From Balanoglossus misakiensis (lineage: Eukaryota > Animalia > Hemichordata), in assembly GCA_040954595.2 (NCBI GenBank), contig CM082592.2:8605677-8669676 (forward strand): a stretch of 64,000 nt of DNA, written 5' to 3'. Made by a program: the position numbers and the translations under genes. The notes below the pieces were generated by a model. It made no database searches. It saw nothing but the letters and a program-made list of their open reading frames with translations, and was not told the origin of the DNA. Positions 10,893 through 23,817 of the stretch are shown here, one piece after another. Each line of letters opens with the position of its first letter. Position 1 is the first letter of the stretch.

Positions 10893-12712
10893 TGCTGGAA
10901 TTTGAATTGAATATTGTTGTTGGTTGGGTTGGGTCGGGTTTACAGAGAATAAAAGAAATGTTCAAGTTTATAGTTCACTTTCTCCCGTGCTGTTGTTGGT
11001 GACACCATCCTGGCATTGGCGTTATACTCTTTATAAAAAAGATTTCTTCCCCCCCCCCCTCCTCCCACTTGGTTCATCATCCGCCACAGACATTTTAAAG
11101 TTTGTCCCAAAAGGAGAAGTGGGCAAAGAACTGGAAATCACTTTATACTGCAGACCATGTGAGTTGTATTTGTGAGAATTGCCAGGGACAAATAAAATTA
11201 CCATGCAGCGAATAGTACTGGTACATCCATTAGGCAATCGCTGTTGCTGACATCGGTTCTGTAGCTGGGTTATTTGCGGGGGAGGGACGATGCCGATTAG
11301 AACAGCACTCGTTCACCTCCAGAGCAGCTGATAACTTAATTGAATGCGTCAGTTCTTTTCACATGAAAACGTATAACTGAAAATACGGGGAGAAGGTTCC
11401 AGGTGATAAGAGACGGTGTGTCTGCAGTCACTATACTCTGCATGGGTTGATTAAAATGTAGCTGGGCCTGCCAGTTTGACCTACCACCCCTACACTCCTA
11501 TTGAGTGGAATGTTCCCGTGATTATTATCAATCACAAAGACCATACCATTCCTGAACCCCGGGGATGAAAACAGACAGAGTGCAACAAAGTTGCTGGTCA
11601 TACCAGGTTAACAGCCAGTAATTTGCGTTATTTCTGAAATAAATTCTTTGTTTTAGTGTTGGAAATTATATATGAAGCAGACAGTTATTTTTGTCACGGT
11701 GCCATTATTACCATGGAAACCAGATTTTTGAAATGTTATTATGGTTTACTTGTATCCTACTTAATATGTCAGATCTTTGTACTAAATAATAAGATATAAA
11801 TTGCTAATAGACTTTATCTCCTGAAAAATATTATATGGAAGCTATCTAGTTTTTCATTTATATCCTATGGCACACAGGTGACTATAGGTGTTCATTATAT
11901 ACTGGTGATATACGGAGATATAATTTACAGATAAAAAACATTGCATGCATGAGTTCTGGGTTCACGCCCTCCAATATAGAGCAATACACATACAACTCAA
12001 GCTAGTACTGGGGATAATCAAATTCTCATTCCTCTTATGAAGTGTACATAATGGTCTTTTTCTCTGATATATATCAATTTATCTTAAAAGTTTCTACAGA
12101 CTCTTTCTTTCTTTTTTATAGGCGAATTTAATCTTTCTAGCTTTGGAATACTTGAATGTCTCTGCATGAATGTTTAATTATTGTATTCAGCGTGATGAAC
12201 ATGATTTACAGATCGCAAACATTGTTTATGAGATGGGTGACATTTTGAGTTGAGGTTATCATCGTCAGTGGGTAAGCGTGGAAAAGGTGCAATTATCCCA
12301 GGAGGGTTTTCAACAAGCAATATTGAGGGATGTTTTGAAAATGGTTTGAAAATATGGTATTGAGGACTGTTTTGATAGCAATTGATAATCCGATACTGAG
12401 GGCTAGTTTGGTAGAAGTTGATAATCCATTTGAGTCGTGCTTCACAATGTGAGGGTAATTGGTCAGTTGTCTTCCCATAATGCAGTGCTGGACCGTTTGA
12501 TGTATTTATAGTCTCTTAGATTATTTATTGATACCCACTGCATTGTATATAACAAAGCATCTAAAATTAATGATTTAATTTTTTTGGAAACTCATACTGT
12601 GTAAGGGGACACAATTTTCATTTCAGTCACAGCTGTTTGGATATTTTGCAAGTACTGGTTAATTTATAGTCGGACTTTATTTTTCAGCGACATCCATGCT
12701 GTTCTCGCTAAA

Positions 12713-12732
12713 AATAAACTCAAATAAATAAA
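12713..12732 (+). terminator. Candidate golgin polyadenylation signal cluster
   Basis: Three AATAAA (12713, 12723, 12727) followed by GT/T-rich sequence, about 2 kb after the stop. Other AATAAA occur earlier in the UTR. Confidence 0.4.
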
Positions 12733-14921
12733 TGTTTTCTGTGCCATATGTTATGCGGCTTTTGTTCTTTATTAAAAATAACATCTATATGTATTTATAG
12801 AATTGTTGGAAGTAGGTTGTAGTTCATGTTTTAATAGACAGTGTCTTGTATCAAACGTAATGGGAAAAGGGCAACGAGAGAGAGACTTTGTCCCTTGAAA
12901 TATAAGGTGTATTACTGCCCTTAGTGTTTGTTAAGGACAACTGTGTTCATAATTAGATCAGATGTAGAAGGGGTCGTATACAGGTTGATATATTTGCTGG
13001 TTGTGTGAAAGAGCCATGGGCAATAAAATATTGAGGTCTGTTAAATTAGTAGATTCATAATTAGATTGTTCTGATCACAGAATCACTAGACTTGTTTAAG
13101 AAGGCTTTCACAAAATACCAGTCGTGGCAGATTTGTTGCAGATTTGTTTTTGCACTTGAGTAATTGTCCCGCCCCTTGAATGCCTGTGTTTTCATACATC
13201 GGGTGGGGCATGATTTTGTCGACGCAAACAAGAGTCAATGAGGCATGTTATCCGGTCCGGAACTCACGACACCGCGTCATTATTGTACCCCAGACCACCG
13301 TGCGACATTTAACACTTTTGTCCAGAGAAACTCGTCACTGTTGTTCGCATTGTTGTGTTAAGTTGTGTTTGTTTGTGTTTACCCCATTCACAGTCCCTCT
13401 TTTTAGGGGGAATGTGCCCCACTTTTTCTCTTGGCATAGAGGGTTTTGTACGCACTTCCGTGGCTTATTGATTTATATCTGGGTCGCTTTTTGACCAACG
13501 CAATCCGCAAGTCACGACACAGGCGACTTCGGTGATTGAGTAAAAAAGAAAAAAGAAAACGCTTTTCATAAAACAGACCAAGCTTTATAAGCGGTGGTCT
13601 ACTTGCTTATTTTACACCTATCCGCGCTTAACTCTATACATGTACTTTATCAGGAGAGAAAAATCTCAAAAGTAGCCTTTTTGACTAAAATACCATAAGG
13701 CTTTCGTTAGAGACCAATGCCCTTCCCATTGGGTGCCTAGTGTCGGAATTTCACTTCCACGACTTCGACGAAGATGGTGAATATCAACTTGAACAAATCT
13801 AGTCGTGCTTTTAATTCTCGCTGATGTCAGACGGAATAAAAAGATCAGTGTGACCTGACGTGATTAGGGTCAATTTTATGAGTGTGAGTATTTGGAAGGA
13901 GGACATTTCCCATGGCTTTTTTGCACCCTTTGACATTTACCATACCCGTAGAGTCTGCAGCATTAGACAATACCAAAGGTATTAACTTTGCATCGGAATT
14001 TGTCCCACAGCGTTCGTTTATTTTTTCGCAAAATTTCCCAGCGAGGCTAATGGACGATGCAGACTTGAATTCATTTGCACACAGTTGTCATTTCTCTCTG
14101 GGAAGGGCATCTTCCCGTGACCATAAGTCTGGTCCATTATGCCACTGTGCTACCAGTGACAGGAATCGAACACTGAGGGCGTCTTTTCAGTTTCGGCATA
14201 CCATACCAGCAATACCGGCAACCTCGTCTGTCCGGATTGGCAATTTTTGTCTTTTTTTGAATCCCGAATAGTCCTGAGGTCACCAAATACTCCCTCGGAG
14301 CATAATTTACCTGTCTTACACTGTTTACCGGCTGGTAAGAAGTCGTTTATTTCAACACCCGTATCAGTTGTCCACTGACATTGTTGTGAATGTTGATGGA
14401 TGATGGATGAGGCTAATGGTAAATTTCTGTATTTATCGGACAGACAAGAAGGTGTTTGAATTAAACTGAATTGAATTGAATTGAAGGAAAACAGTACGCC
14501 GGAAAAACGGGGCTCGTGAGGTTGTGCTGGCAGGTAATAGTCTGAGTAAACGTGATCTCTCTATACCCAAGTGATTGATGACTTACAAAATAGGAAGTGG
14601 ATACTCCTCCATCCATAGTAAAGGTAACTATTTTCGCACAGCCAAGAATGGCTGTTCCTGTCGTTAAATGATTCATTAATCTTACTCACACACACATTTC
14701 CTGCCCCCTGTGTTAGCGGCCATTCATCGGGGACACTTCGAGCAGCGCGTGAAAAAGCAAATTGTACGACCAAAAACTTGTGACACACGCATACCCGCCA
14801 ACTTCAGTAGTCGGCATGGTGGTAAAGAAAGTTTTATTTTCTTGGGGGAAATTATGATAATGAAAAGTGTTCATTTGAGATTTGTGACACTATATACACT
14901 TATAATGACGAAGACGACGCC

Positions 14922-14976
14922 AATGGTGATGATGATGATAATGATGATGATGATGATGATGACGATGATGATGATG
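14922..14976. repeat. (ATG)n microsatellite
   Basis: Imperfect ATG/GAT run; explains the poly-M and poly-H ORFs. Confidence 0.9.
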
Positions 14977-16577
14977 AGGGTTGTCATCGGAAATATATCC
15001 ACATGGCGGGGAACCCTTGATTACATGTACATTTGTAACAGGAAATATACATGTTACCCCCTGCCAAGTTGCTAAATGAACATTAGTTGCACGACCTGCA
15101 TCCGGGTCGTGTCCACTGAGGGAGCCATGAGAAAATGCCATTTCCATGGTTACTTTAACGCTTCATTTGCTCGCGCACGGTCACCGCGAGATTCTCGTTC
15201 AGATTCACGCTGCGAGCTCAGTCGGTCGTCCTCCATTTGACCGGGTGGTTCACGGTGTCAGGACAGGAAATGTCGGTCATCACGAAGGACAATCGTGTTG
15301 GGAAATACAGAAAACGTAGAATTGTATTTGAGAAAGATACAATGTAGTAGGTCCATATGCCAATTATAAGATATAGGCCTAATTGACCCATCAACATTAA
15401 CTCGCCAAAAAGAATGTGTATCACGCGCCCTAAAGCTCTGAATTGTGAGTGTTCAAGAAATTTTGATGAATGAAGAACATTATCTTTTAATTGATGGAAA
15501 TTGTCCTTTCATAAGTCCCTTGGCAGTAATAACTAGATATTGCTGCATAATGCTGGCATTGCTGGTCGAAGTCGTGACATGACAGTTGTGATTGAATTCC
15601 CGTCCAGCATGTCCATTGAATCTTCTTGTTCCCCTCCCCCAGTTTCTCCAAGACACTACCTTCATCCATTCCTATAAGTATAAATTTTCTTTTGATTATG
15701 CTCAGAAACGGCTGTTCTTGTGAGAGTTTTCCGATTGAATACAGATAGAAGAAAGCGGGGTTATTTTTGAACACCGATTAAACATGAAAATACGTTTTGA
15801 TCCATGTCTTTTGGACCGCCGAAGGTTGTGAAATTTTGGTGCGTCATTTTATTTAGTGCAAACTGTATAGACCCCCAAAATATTATGAGTTCAATCGCAT
15901 TGTCTCATTGTCGGACATTTTCCACATAGAAATGTCAAGCTACACGGCTTATTGCCAAAAGTCTGGTTTTTAAACAGTGGGAGTAAAACCGCATGACTTG
16001 CGAAACGAAAAAAATTGATGAACACACAGCCCCCGCAGCTTTAATCCTCTTATGCGTTCATCGACCACGATGGTTGTTCCGGAGGCATCTATTCTAAATA
16101 TATTAGCCCCAGCACGTACATTTACGGATAGTTATTAGGGATAGAGACTTCTGGACTTTACTGCATGTGATAGAAGAGCGCCCGTTAATTCTCATCCTGG
16201 AAACAGGCAGTCGAGGGAAACGTTGAACCAAAAACTCGAGAAATGTCATTTGGCAGGATTACGATATATGTTGTATAAAATCCGCACTACTAAACACATT
16301 GCATTGCACACGATTGTCTTATTTGAAATCGACGAAAAAACATTATTTTATAACCCAATGCGCACGCACGGCTTTCTCTGTATAAGTTGTAAAGCCTAAT
16401 TATAATTTATTTTAAAGTTATGCAATTTTAATTCGGCGCATTGTGTTCGTATAAAATATGGAAATTAGTAATAATAGAGGTTGCGATCAACATTTGAAGG
16501 TTAAGTAAATTGCTGTGGAGAAGTGTGTAAGAGCCATGTGTTGTGCACCTCCCTCTTCATTTTTTTGCAAGTCGCAG

Positions 16578-16643
16578 AAACGTCTTATACGCTTTTTACC
16601 ACCGTGAATAAACGTCTTATACGCTTTTTGCCGACCGTGAATA
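16578..16643. repeat. 32/33-bp tandem duplication upstream of GRK
   Basis: aaacgtcttatacgctttttaccaccgtgaat followed by aaacgtcttatacgctttttgccgaccgtgaat. Confidence 0.9.
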
Positions 16644-16821
16644 TTATTACGCTGAAGGAAAAATGCATGCATTGTCCTGAACCGACGTCCGCTTTTCCCA
16701 TTTCACGGATCGGTTGATTTGTAAGACAGGAAATTTTGAAGTTTTTCTTCTGTGTGGCAAACTGTACTTCAGTATTGTCTCATTTCAGGCACATGGAAAG
16801 GGTATAAGATATGTTTTGTCA

Positions 16822-16829
16822 TGACGTCA
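16822..16829. promoter_or_regulatory. Palindromic CRE (TGACGTCA) ~340 bp upstream of the GRK ATG
   Basis: Exact motif match; function is inferred only. Confidence 0.4.
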
Positions 16830-17162
16830 CCGCAATTTAATAAATATTGGAAATTGACCAATTACATGCGCGTATTTGCGAAAGAGAACACTCCTCGATG
16901 GCGGCTGTTCCGTTATGTTACATTACCCCCTACTAGGTTGGCAGGGACTGTCTGTACAGTTTTGGAGGTCAAATACGGCGCTACATGTTGGCGGATTTCT
17001 TGGCTCGCAGACGGCTGTGATGCTGAAGAGAGTGGTCGGGAGTATAGGATATACCTTAATTGGTGTCAGTCACGAAAATCGGTGATTTTTGACCGGGATT
17101 TTATCCAATTGATATTCACAGCCAACCACTAGTTCATTGCTGTACGGGGAAAGGCAGTCAAA

Positions 17163-17275
17163 ATGGCGGATCTCGAAGCTGTGTTGGCTGACGTGAGCTA
17201 TTTAATGGCTATGGAAAAGAGTAAATCAACTCCAGCCGCCAGAGCAAGTAAAAAGATAGTACTTCCGGACCCAAG
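17163..17275 (+). CDS. GRK2: G protein-coupled receptor kinase 2/3 (beta-ARK) exon 1
   Basis: [37 protein letters not shown] is the diagnostic GRK2/3 N-terminus. Donor AG|gtatgt; 113 bp. Probably a co-orthologue of vertebrate GRK2 and GRK3. Confidence 0.98.
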
Positions 17276-17449
17276 GTATGTTTATTCTGGTAATATACAG
17301 AAAAAATCATGGACCGATCACTGGTCACCCAAAGATGATATGTACCTTAGCGACGGATAATGTCTAGCGTCCATCACTTGCGATAATGTTCACGGTTCTT
17401 CTCTTGTATGTTTTTTTCTCTCTCTCTCTTCCTCCCCGTTTCTCCCCAG

Positions 17450-17526
17450 CGTTCGGAGTGTCATGCACAAATATCTCGAAGAGAGAGGCGAAGTGACATT
17501 CGACAAGATTTTCAATCAGAAAATCG
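17450..17526 (+). CDS. GRK2: GRK2/3 exon 2
   Basis: Boundaries ctccccag|C and G|gtaagt; [25 protein letters not shown]; 77 bp. Confidence 0.97.
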
Positions 17527-17997
17527 GTAAGTTTATTTACAGTTGTCGGGGAGAGTGGTGCGTTGTCAGGCGCGCGACGCGACCGGTGGGGAAAGTGGGC
17601 TCGGCCGGCAGTTTTTCCACTGTCATCGCAATGATTGCGCTGGCCCGCCGGCGTCGGATTTAAATTTGTAAACATTTTAATCGGGAGGTGAGACCCCTTG
17701 GCAGGGCTCTCTGTCCACCGGCTCCAGAGCTGAGCTCGCGAGTCGCGCTCTTTTACACGTACCCCGGCCTTCGCGTACGTGTAAAACCCAAACAAACCGC
17801 TGTCACTGTTACCCAGCCCCAGTCAACGCACTGGCCCAAATCCCCATCAATATTCCTTGCCCGGAACCCCATATTTCACATCAGACGCTCGCTCGATCGG
17901 ATCCTCTAAGGCCGGGGAAACGATACGGCGCACCGCTTTAATTTTATACCGAATCCAAACCTTGAAATTTCGTCTCTTTTTTCTATCATTTATGAAG

Positions 17998-18071
17998 GTT
18001 ACCTACTCTTTAAGGATTACTGCACAAATGTGATAGACGAACCAGTACCCCAGCTGCAGTTCTACGAAGAG
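17998..18071 (+). CDS. GRK2: GRK2/3 exon 3 (RH domain)
   Basis: AAG acceptor tatgaag|GT and donor GAG|gtaggt; GYLLFKDYCTNVIDEPVPQLQFYEE; 74 bp. Confidence 0.96.
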
Positions 18072-20302
18072 GTAGGTTACCATGGTAATATAGACCTATT
18101 CTGTTTCCGTGAGGGAGCTGTGCAAAGAAGATTAAAATCTGGCATTTGACAGTTGTATTGTGACGATTCACGCATCGAAATAACATTTCTTTCTAATAAC
18201 TATGTCTTTGTGGTGTGTGGGTGACAGAGAGTGAATGTGTGTGTGTTTGTGTGCAACAGTGTTAATTATCACTGCCAATGCATAGAAACGCCTTTTCAGA
18301 ACACATACTGTGGGAAACCACATCAGTCCCCAGCAACATTGCAAATCGCGCATAAGTCGTCTTTTTTTTATGTACGTCCTCTCATTTCATATCCTGTAAG
18401 AACATTATCAGATTGTGTATCAAGAAAAACGCAAAATCCTGCTGGACTAAGGGACGTTGGGGACATTGATTCTTGGCCGAGGGCAGTGATTTAAATTCAT
18501 TGCTTTAGATTATTCATCAGACTGGGCAACTGTAATGAGAGACAGTGACTTCACAAAGGTGACTTGTGTGCAAATTCAGACAGCGTTCATAATGAGCAGT
18601 TTTTTTCTCCCTCATTTAAAGCTGTAGATTGAATTATTTCCGATCTTTTCAGCTGTTGTCTGGATGAAATCATAGGTTGTGTAATATATACTTATACAAC
18701 ATCAGAAGCCATGTTATTTTGAAGAAATAAAATAAAAAAATAGATTACCTTTTCTAATGTGGAATTTCAAATGTTATGTAAATATCAGTTTTTATATATA
18801 GAAACTCTTGGAATTTGTTTCAAACGAATCTGGTGTTTAATTGATTATTCAAATGTAATAATTGGTGATATTAAGGTCATTCGTCTCATGGAGTGACTGT
18901 TTTGAGAAATCAAACACTCATTACATGCAAACAGGGATATAAATAGAGATGCTTCAACTACGAACACTGATAAAATTGTAATAAATATAAAGCATCCTCG
19001 CAAATTATCCAGCTGAACTTAAATAAATCTCTCATACTTAGTTAATCCACAAATTGCTATCAAATATTCAAGGATTATGAATTTAGCGAGTAAATATTTA
19101 AAAAAAAATCATTGCAGTTCACCTTTGATGATGTGGAATATATGATACGGGTGATGAAGAGTTCTCTTCCATGTGTTTGCTACCGAAATAGACGTGGTGG
19201 GCTTGATCTGTATGTAATCGTGTTTGCGCACTCGCTTACAAGTGTATCAGATGGCCAATTAAATAAAATGTTCATAGTGGGATCATTTTCACTCGAGCAG
19301 TCTGTTATATATTTCACAAAGAAATCTCCATTAATAGCAAGAAGTAAAAAGGGTAAATAAAAAGAAAGCAGAAATTTATCAATCCTGTGTTTGACATACT
19401 GTAATTGACCTCTGACACGATGATGTAATAGGTGATAGTTTGAGGGTTTTCCTGTATTTTATAATCAAATATTGACTTCCCTATATCAATCATTTTGGAA
19501 GTAAATATACACAGGGCACAATTTCCATACTGTCGAAATAAAACCCTGCATGTTACATAATAATTTTTTGTGGTGTGTGATTGCCTAAACTGGTTGGACA
19601 TATCAGATGAGGGTAAAGGAACTATTTCTGCATGTGATAGAAGTGTTGAGGTCAGATATGCCACATCATTGCGAATGTACGTGGTTCAGTTCGCCAGTAG
19701 TGTTGCTGGTGTAATATGTCACCATTTGAGTTTCTAAAAGTCTGCACAGTCTTGTCAGAGGAGATAAAAATTTACGGGCTTTAAATAAAAAAAGCTTGAT
19801 GTACTGTGCAGAAATGATGCGATTACTGAATCAAGTCATTCCAACTTCCATATCACGATCACAAGTCATGATTTCAATACAGAGAGAGAGAGTTGGGAGG
19901 GGAATGATCGATCTTATGTTTCCCAATAAACAGTTCTGCGTACAGACAATAGGAATTCTCAGAAATGGCCATTTCAACAAAAATGGTCCCTTTAGGCAAT
20001 TTTTGCCGTATGTGTCACGCATCAGGGTATTCTCTATTCTGTGAATCTCTCCGTACATGCATTTCTCTCAGCGAGGGCCCTGGGTGTCATTTTTTAGCAT
20101 AATTAACATAAAGTCACGATATGGCGACGAGGATGGTGAAGAATATTAATTTACAGTTGTAAATGGGGAAGATGTATTTTGCAGTCGAGGAACATATGGC
20201 CAGTTATAAATTGCAGCTTTGTTGCAAAGTACAGTTTAAATAATGGGAAACACCCTTTTCCTATTGTGAATGTTTGACAGGAAAAATGCTCGGGGTAATA
20301 TC

Positions 20303-20380
20303 AGCTGATACCCTTTAATTTGGGAAAAAAACAATGGAAACTCATTATCATAACAATAAAGTATAGTGTTATGCAAATTA
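20303..20380. repeat. Old dispersed repeat fragment, related copy at ~27520-27600
   Basis: gataccctttaatttgggaaaaaa..taacaataaa..tatgcaaat versus gataccctcttaaatttgggcaaaaaa..taacaacaaa..tatgcaaat. Confidence 0.6.
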
Positions 20381-22344
20381 GTCAATATTTTGGAAGTGGG
20401 TTTTCAGACATAAGGTTTTGCCATTTGTGGGCGATTCCAGTTATGTCTTTCCGGCTACCCCTAAAACAGACGAGGAAAAACAACATCGCAAGATAACATG
20501 GATCAGACAGGCTTAATCCTCGAGGCCCCCGCAGATTGGTTCTTAAGACGAGCGTGACTCTATCTCATGCTGATTACGGTTGAAGTTGTCATCTTGTTTG
20601 TGTTGTTCACATTGCGTCACATAATTGGAACTACAATTTCAGAGTGACTGTCTATAATGATGCTGGACCTAACCCATCCCCATCCACTCCAAGCCAAGAG
20701 CACACTAATCCTGGACTGAGAGAGACTAGTCCAATATATGCGATTGCGTTTATTATCTTTCGCCAACTCATAATTTAACCTACGCCTACACAGGGCCGTC
20801 ATAAACTGTCTAATGTGAACCCCAGTTGAGAGAAATGATTACAGCTGTCGGCTCCCCTCCCACCTCTCCACATCCCTGATATTAACCATTGTTATACACT
20901 AGCATGTTATGTCAGTGTAAAATGAGATAATAGATTAAAAAAAGCCAGTCTGATCATCATTTTAATGCCAACATGGTGGGATATTGTTAATGTACCGCGA
21001 TGATGCAAATCTACTGGATTTTGAAATATGTTTTGGCCAACCTATTGTTGTTCTTTGAATTGGCTGGCAAGGTTGGATAATTTTTTAAGCGATTGTTGAT
21101 TTGTCCGACCAGTTGAAGAATAAATCCATTTATTTTTACTTCTGACAATTTAGTGGGTGACAATGGTTGGGGATGGGGAGGGGAGGGGGGATGCCAACTG
21201 TGTGTAATGTCCACCTAAAGATCTTCCTTCTCATTGGTCATCACATTTCCGGGTATGTGTACTTACATCTATCTCTTTGGAGATACATTAGTCGTAATCC
21301 TTCTCTATCTTGTCATGTCTTGTTGTCGTGAAGTGACTTCTATCTCCTTGATGGCAGGGGCCACCTCAAGATGAGTTTTCGTTTCTCTTAGTGTATATGG
21401 GCAATATTTTCCCCCAGGGGAGCCACTATGTTGCTAGGTAGTCTCCATGTCTCCTGATGGCTAGGGGCGAAGGTCAGAGGTCAATGCAAGTTTTCATGCA
21501 TTGTTCATTGTTTGAGAGATTTCAATATCATCCTAGAATGTACTGCTCTTCTTGCATAAAAAAAATTCAGTTCTGAGTCACCTCGAACAGAGAAACAAAA
21601 GTAAATTGGTGTCAAGGTTGGAGTTGGCTTTGACCTAGATGTAGAATGATTGATTCTTCATCCCTGTTTTCCACTGTCAAGCCAAAACTGTTGCACGCTT
21701 ATTACTAGGACCCCTTGACACAAATGAGTGTGCATATATACACACAGTGACATACACAAACATGCTTCACTCGATGGTTCGTTATCTTTCTCAAAAGAAC
21801 CTATCACTTAGTCGAAAACCTTTCACAACTCCACTTGATCACTAACTCAGAAACCTATTACTGGCCCACTTGCAATGTTAAAATGTGCCCATATGCCCAG
21901 TGTCTCTGGCAGACGTTTACTCGGATTTCTGATGATGTAAAATAATAATATGGGAGATCTCAACCCTGCTTGTCATAAATAGGAATGCAGTTTTAATTTT
22001 GCATGCAAATTACCTGAATTTTGAAAACAGATTTGACAACATTTTTGCCTTTTGGAATTTGGAAGTTTTCATTTGTGAAGACTGTGTGGTAGTTGTCTTG
22101 ATTGACATGATCTTGAGGTTGCCATGACAACGGCTGATAGGATATTGTGAAAATGGCTAATGGTCTTCGATTTGAACATGACGTGGTTACAAAAAGTGAG
22201 GTCGCGCATTGTCTGACAGTTAGAATAACTAGTGTCGTAGAAGTGATTGATTGTTTCAGTGTTAGAATGAAAACCTGTAACCGTAACTATGCAGTCAGTC
22301 AGCTGTAGGATAAGGGTTTTTCAGGAAAAATAAATATCCCCAAG

Positions 22345-22486
22345 CAGTTTTCTCCCCAGGATTTTCTTATAAAGTAGTGGCTAAGCCTAGTGACAATGTA
22401 ATTGTTATGTCACCAGTTTCGTTTGTGTCCCCCAAATCGAAGGCTAGTGTTTACCAACTTTTCCTGGCTCTGACGGGGGAACACTG
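22345..22486. mobile_element. Degenerate MITE with CAG..CTG termini
   Basis: Ends cagttttctccccag and ctgacgggggaacactg form imperfect terminal inverted repeats. A related left end (cagggttctccccagga) is at 30400. No target-site duplication seen. Confidence 0.45.
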
Positions 22487-23662
22487 TCTAGGGTTAGGGC
22501 TTTTGGGGAAAAATATTCCACATGTATGTGTGTATGTTATTATCATAGAATCAAATGCCGGCTTGAATTGCTGTGTCTGTCGGAGAGAAAACACACAGCT
22601 TTATGGAATGTTGAAAGAGCATGGAAGTTGTCTAAAGGTTGACCAAAAATAATATCCCATTTTACGTGATTGCATGTTTCTGTCGAATGATACCAGACAT
22701 TGATCATACTGCCCTGCTGTGAAGCCTTCTTTGATCTTTCATCAAGCTTATTCAAGTAGCAGGATTGGTTAACACTTACGTCAGCCTACTCGAATGAAAA
22801 TGCTGAATGGAGGGGGTTCACTATGTAACTGGGTTCTTTCATTTTGGGACTGGGGACACCTTGGTGAACATAAAAGTCACTACACGTTGATTTACTTTTC
22901 TACAGCTACAACATAAACCCTGCTGTGCTATTTTTTTTATGACAGATTTAACCTATATTTTACACGAGAGTGAAAATTCAAATGACAACACAAAACAAAA
23001 CAACACAACAGTAAACAGGACAAAGACAAAACTGGTGGTTGCAATGCCCTAACCTGATACAGCACTAAAAATACTGTGTCTCTCAGGTGTCCAGTGCTGG
23101 CCAGTTTGTCAAGTTCAAGTGTTCAGAACAATCCACTCTTTCTCCAAGCCAGAGTCTGTAGCTGCAGATTGGCTGTAGTATGATGTGGTTGCTGGCACAA
23201 GTAGAGTCACACTGCTTGTGGTTGCCTCTCTGCTGGAATCACACAGCTTACCAAAACTGTTCAGCAGAAATCTCTGCTCCAAGTGTCCTGCAGGCTCAGT
23301 CTCTCCCCAGAATCATGCAACTTGCAAGTTCAAATGCTTTTATACCAGAGCCCAGGTGCACTGCTCCGCATGGCTAATGTGTCAGCAATGTGGTAATATA
23401 TTCAAAGCTATTGTCAGCTTTGCTCAGAAGTCTATTGTTACCACTGGTGTGACCCGAATATTCATAACAGACTGTAAGTGATGAGTGCACCATGGCAGTG
23501 AATTATGTAATGATTGAGTGCAGCTGACCCTGGCAGTGAATAATGGAAGGAGTGACCCATATAGACTGAACCATTGGTTATGTAAATTAATCCTGGAACA
23601 GTCCATTCCATCACTGTCATTTACCTAACCACTGTACAAAAATACATGTGTAGGGGAGGTTT

Positions 23663-23817
23663 GTCTTTACCGCCATCTTGGAAATGCAGTGCATTGTGGG
23701 ACGGAACTGGGGGAAGACGCCTGTGCTGTACATGTTCCTACATCAGTTGCCCCTCCAGTGCAGTATAGCCTTCTGCTATCCCACAACCCACCGTGTTTCC
23801 AAGATGGTGGTTAAGAC
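23663..23817. mobile_element. MITE-like element with ~39-bp imperfect terminal inverted repeats
   Basis: Left arm gtctttaccgccatcttggaaatgcagtgcattgtggga; reverse complement of right arm gtcttaaccaccatcttggaaacacggtgggttgtggga. Confidence 0.7.

Noticed and set aside
13743-13802. Peptide SEFHFHDFDEDGEYQLEQI resembling an EF-hand loop
   Set aside because: Short frame bounded by stops, no ATG or good acceptor, no partner exon, and position 12 is Q; probably chance.
14710-15147. Poly-Met and poly-His ORFs
   Set aside because: Translations of an (ATG)n microsatellite.
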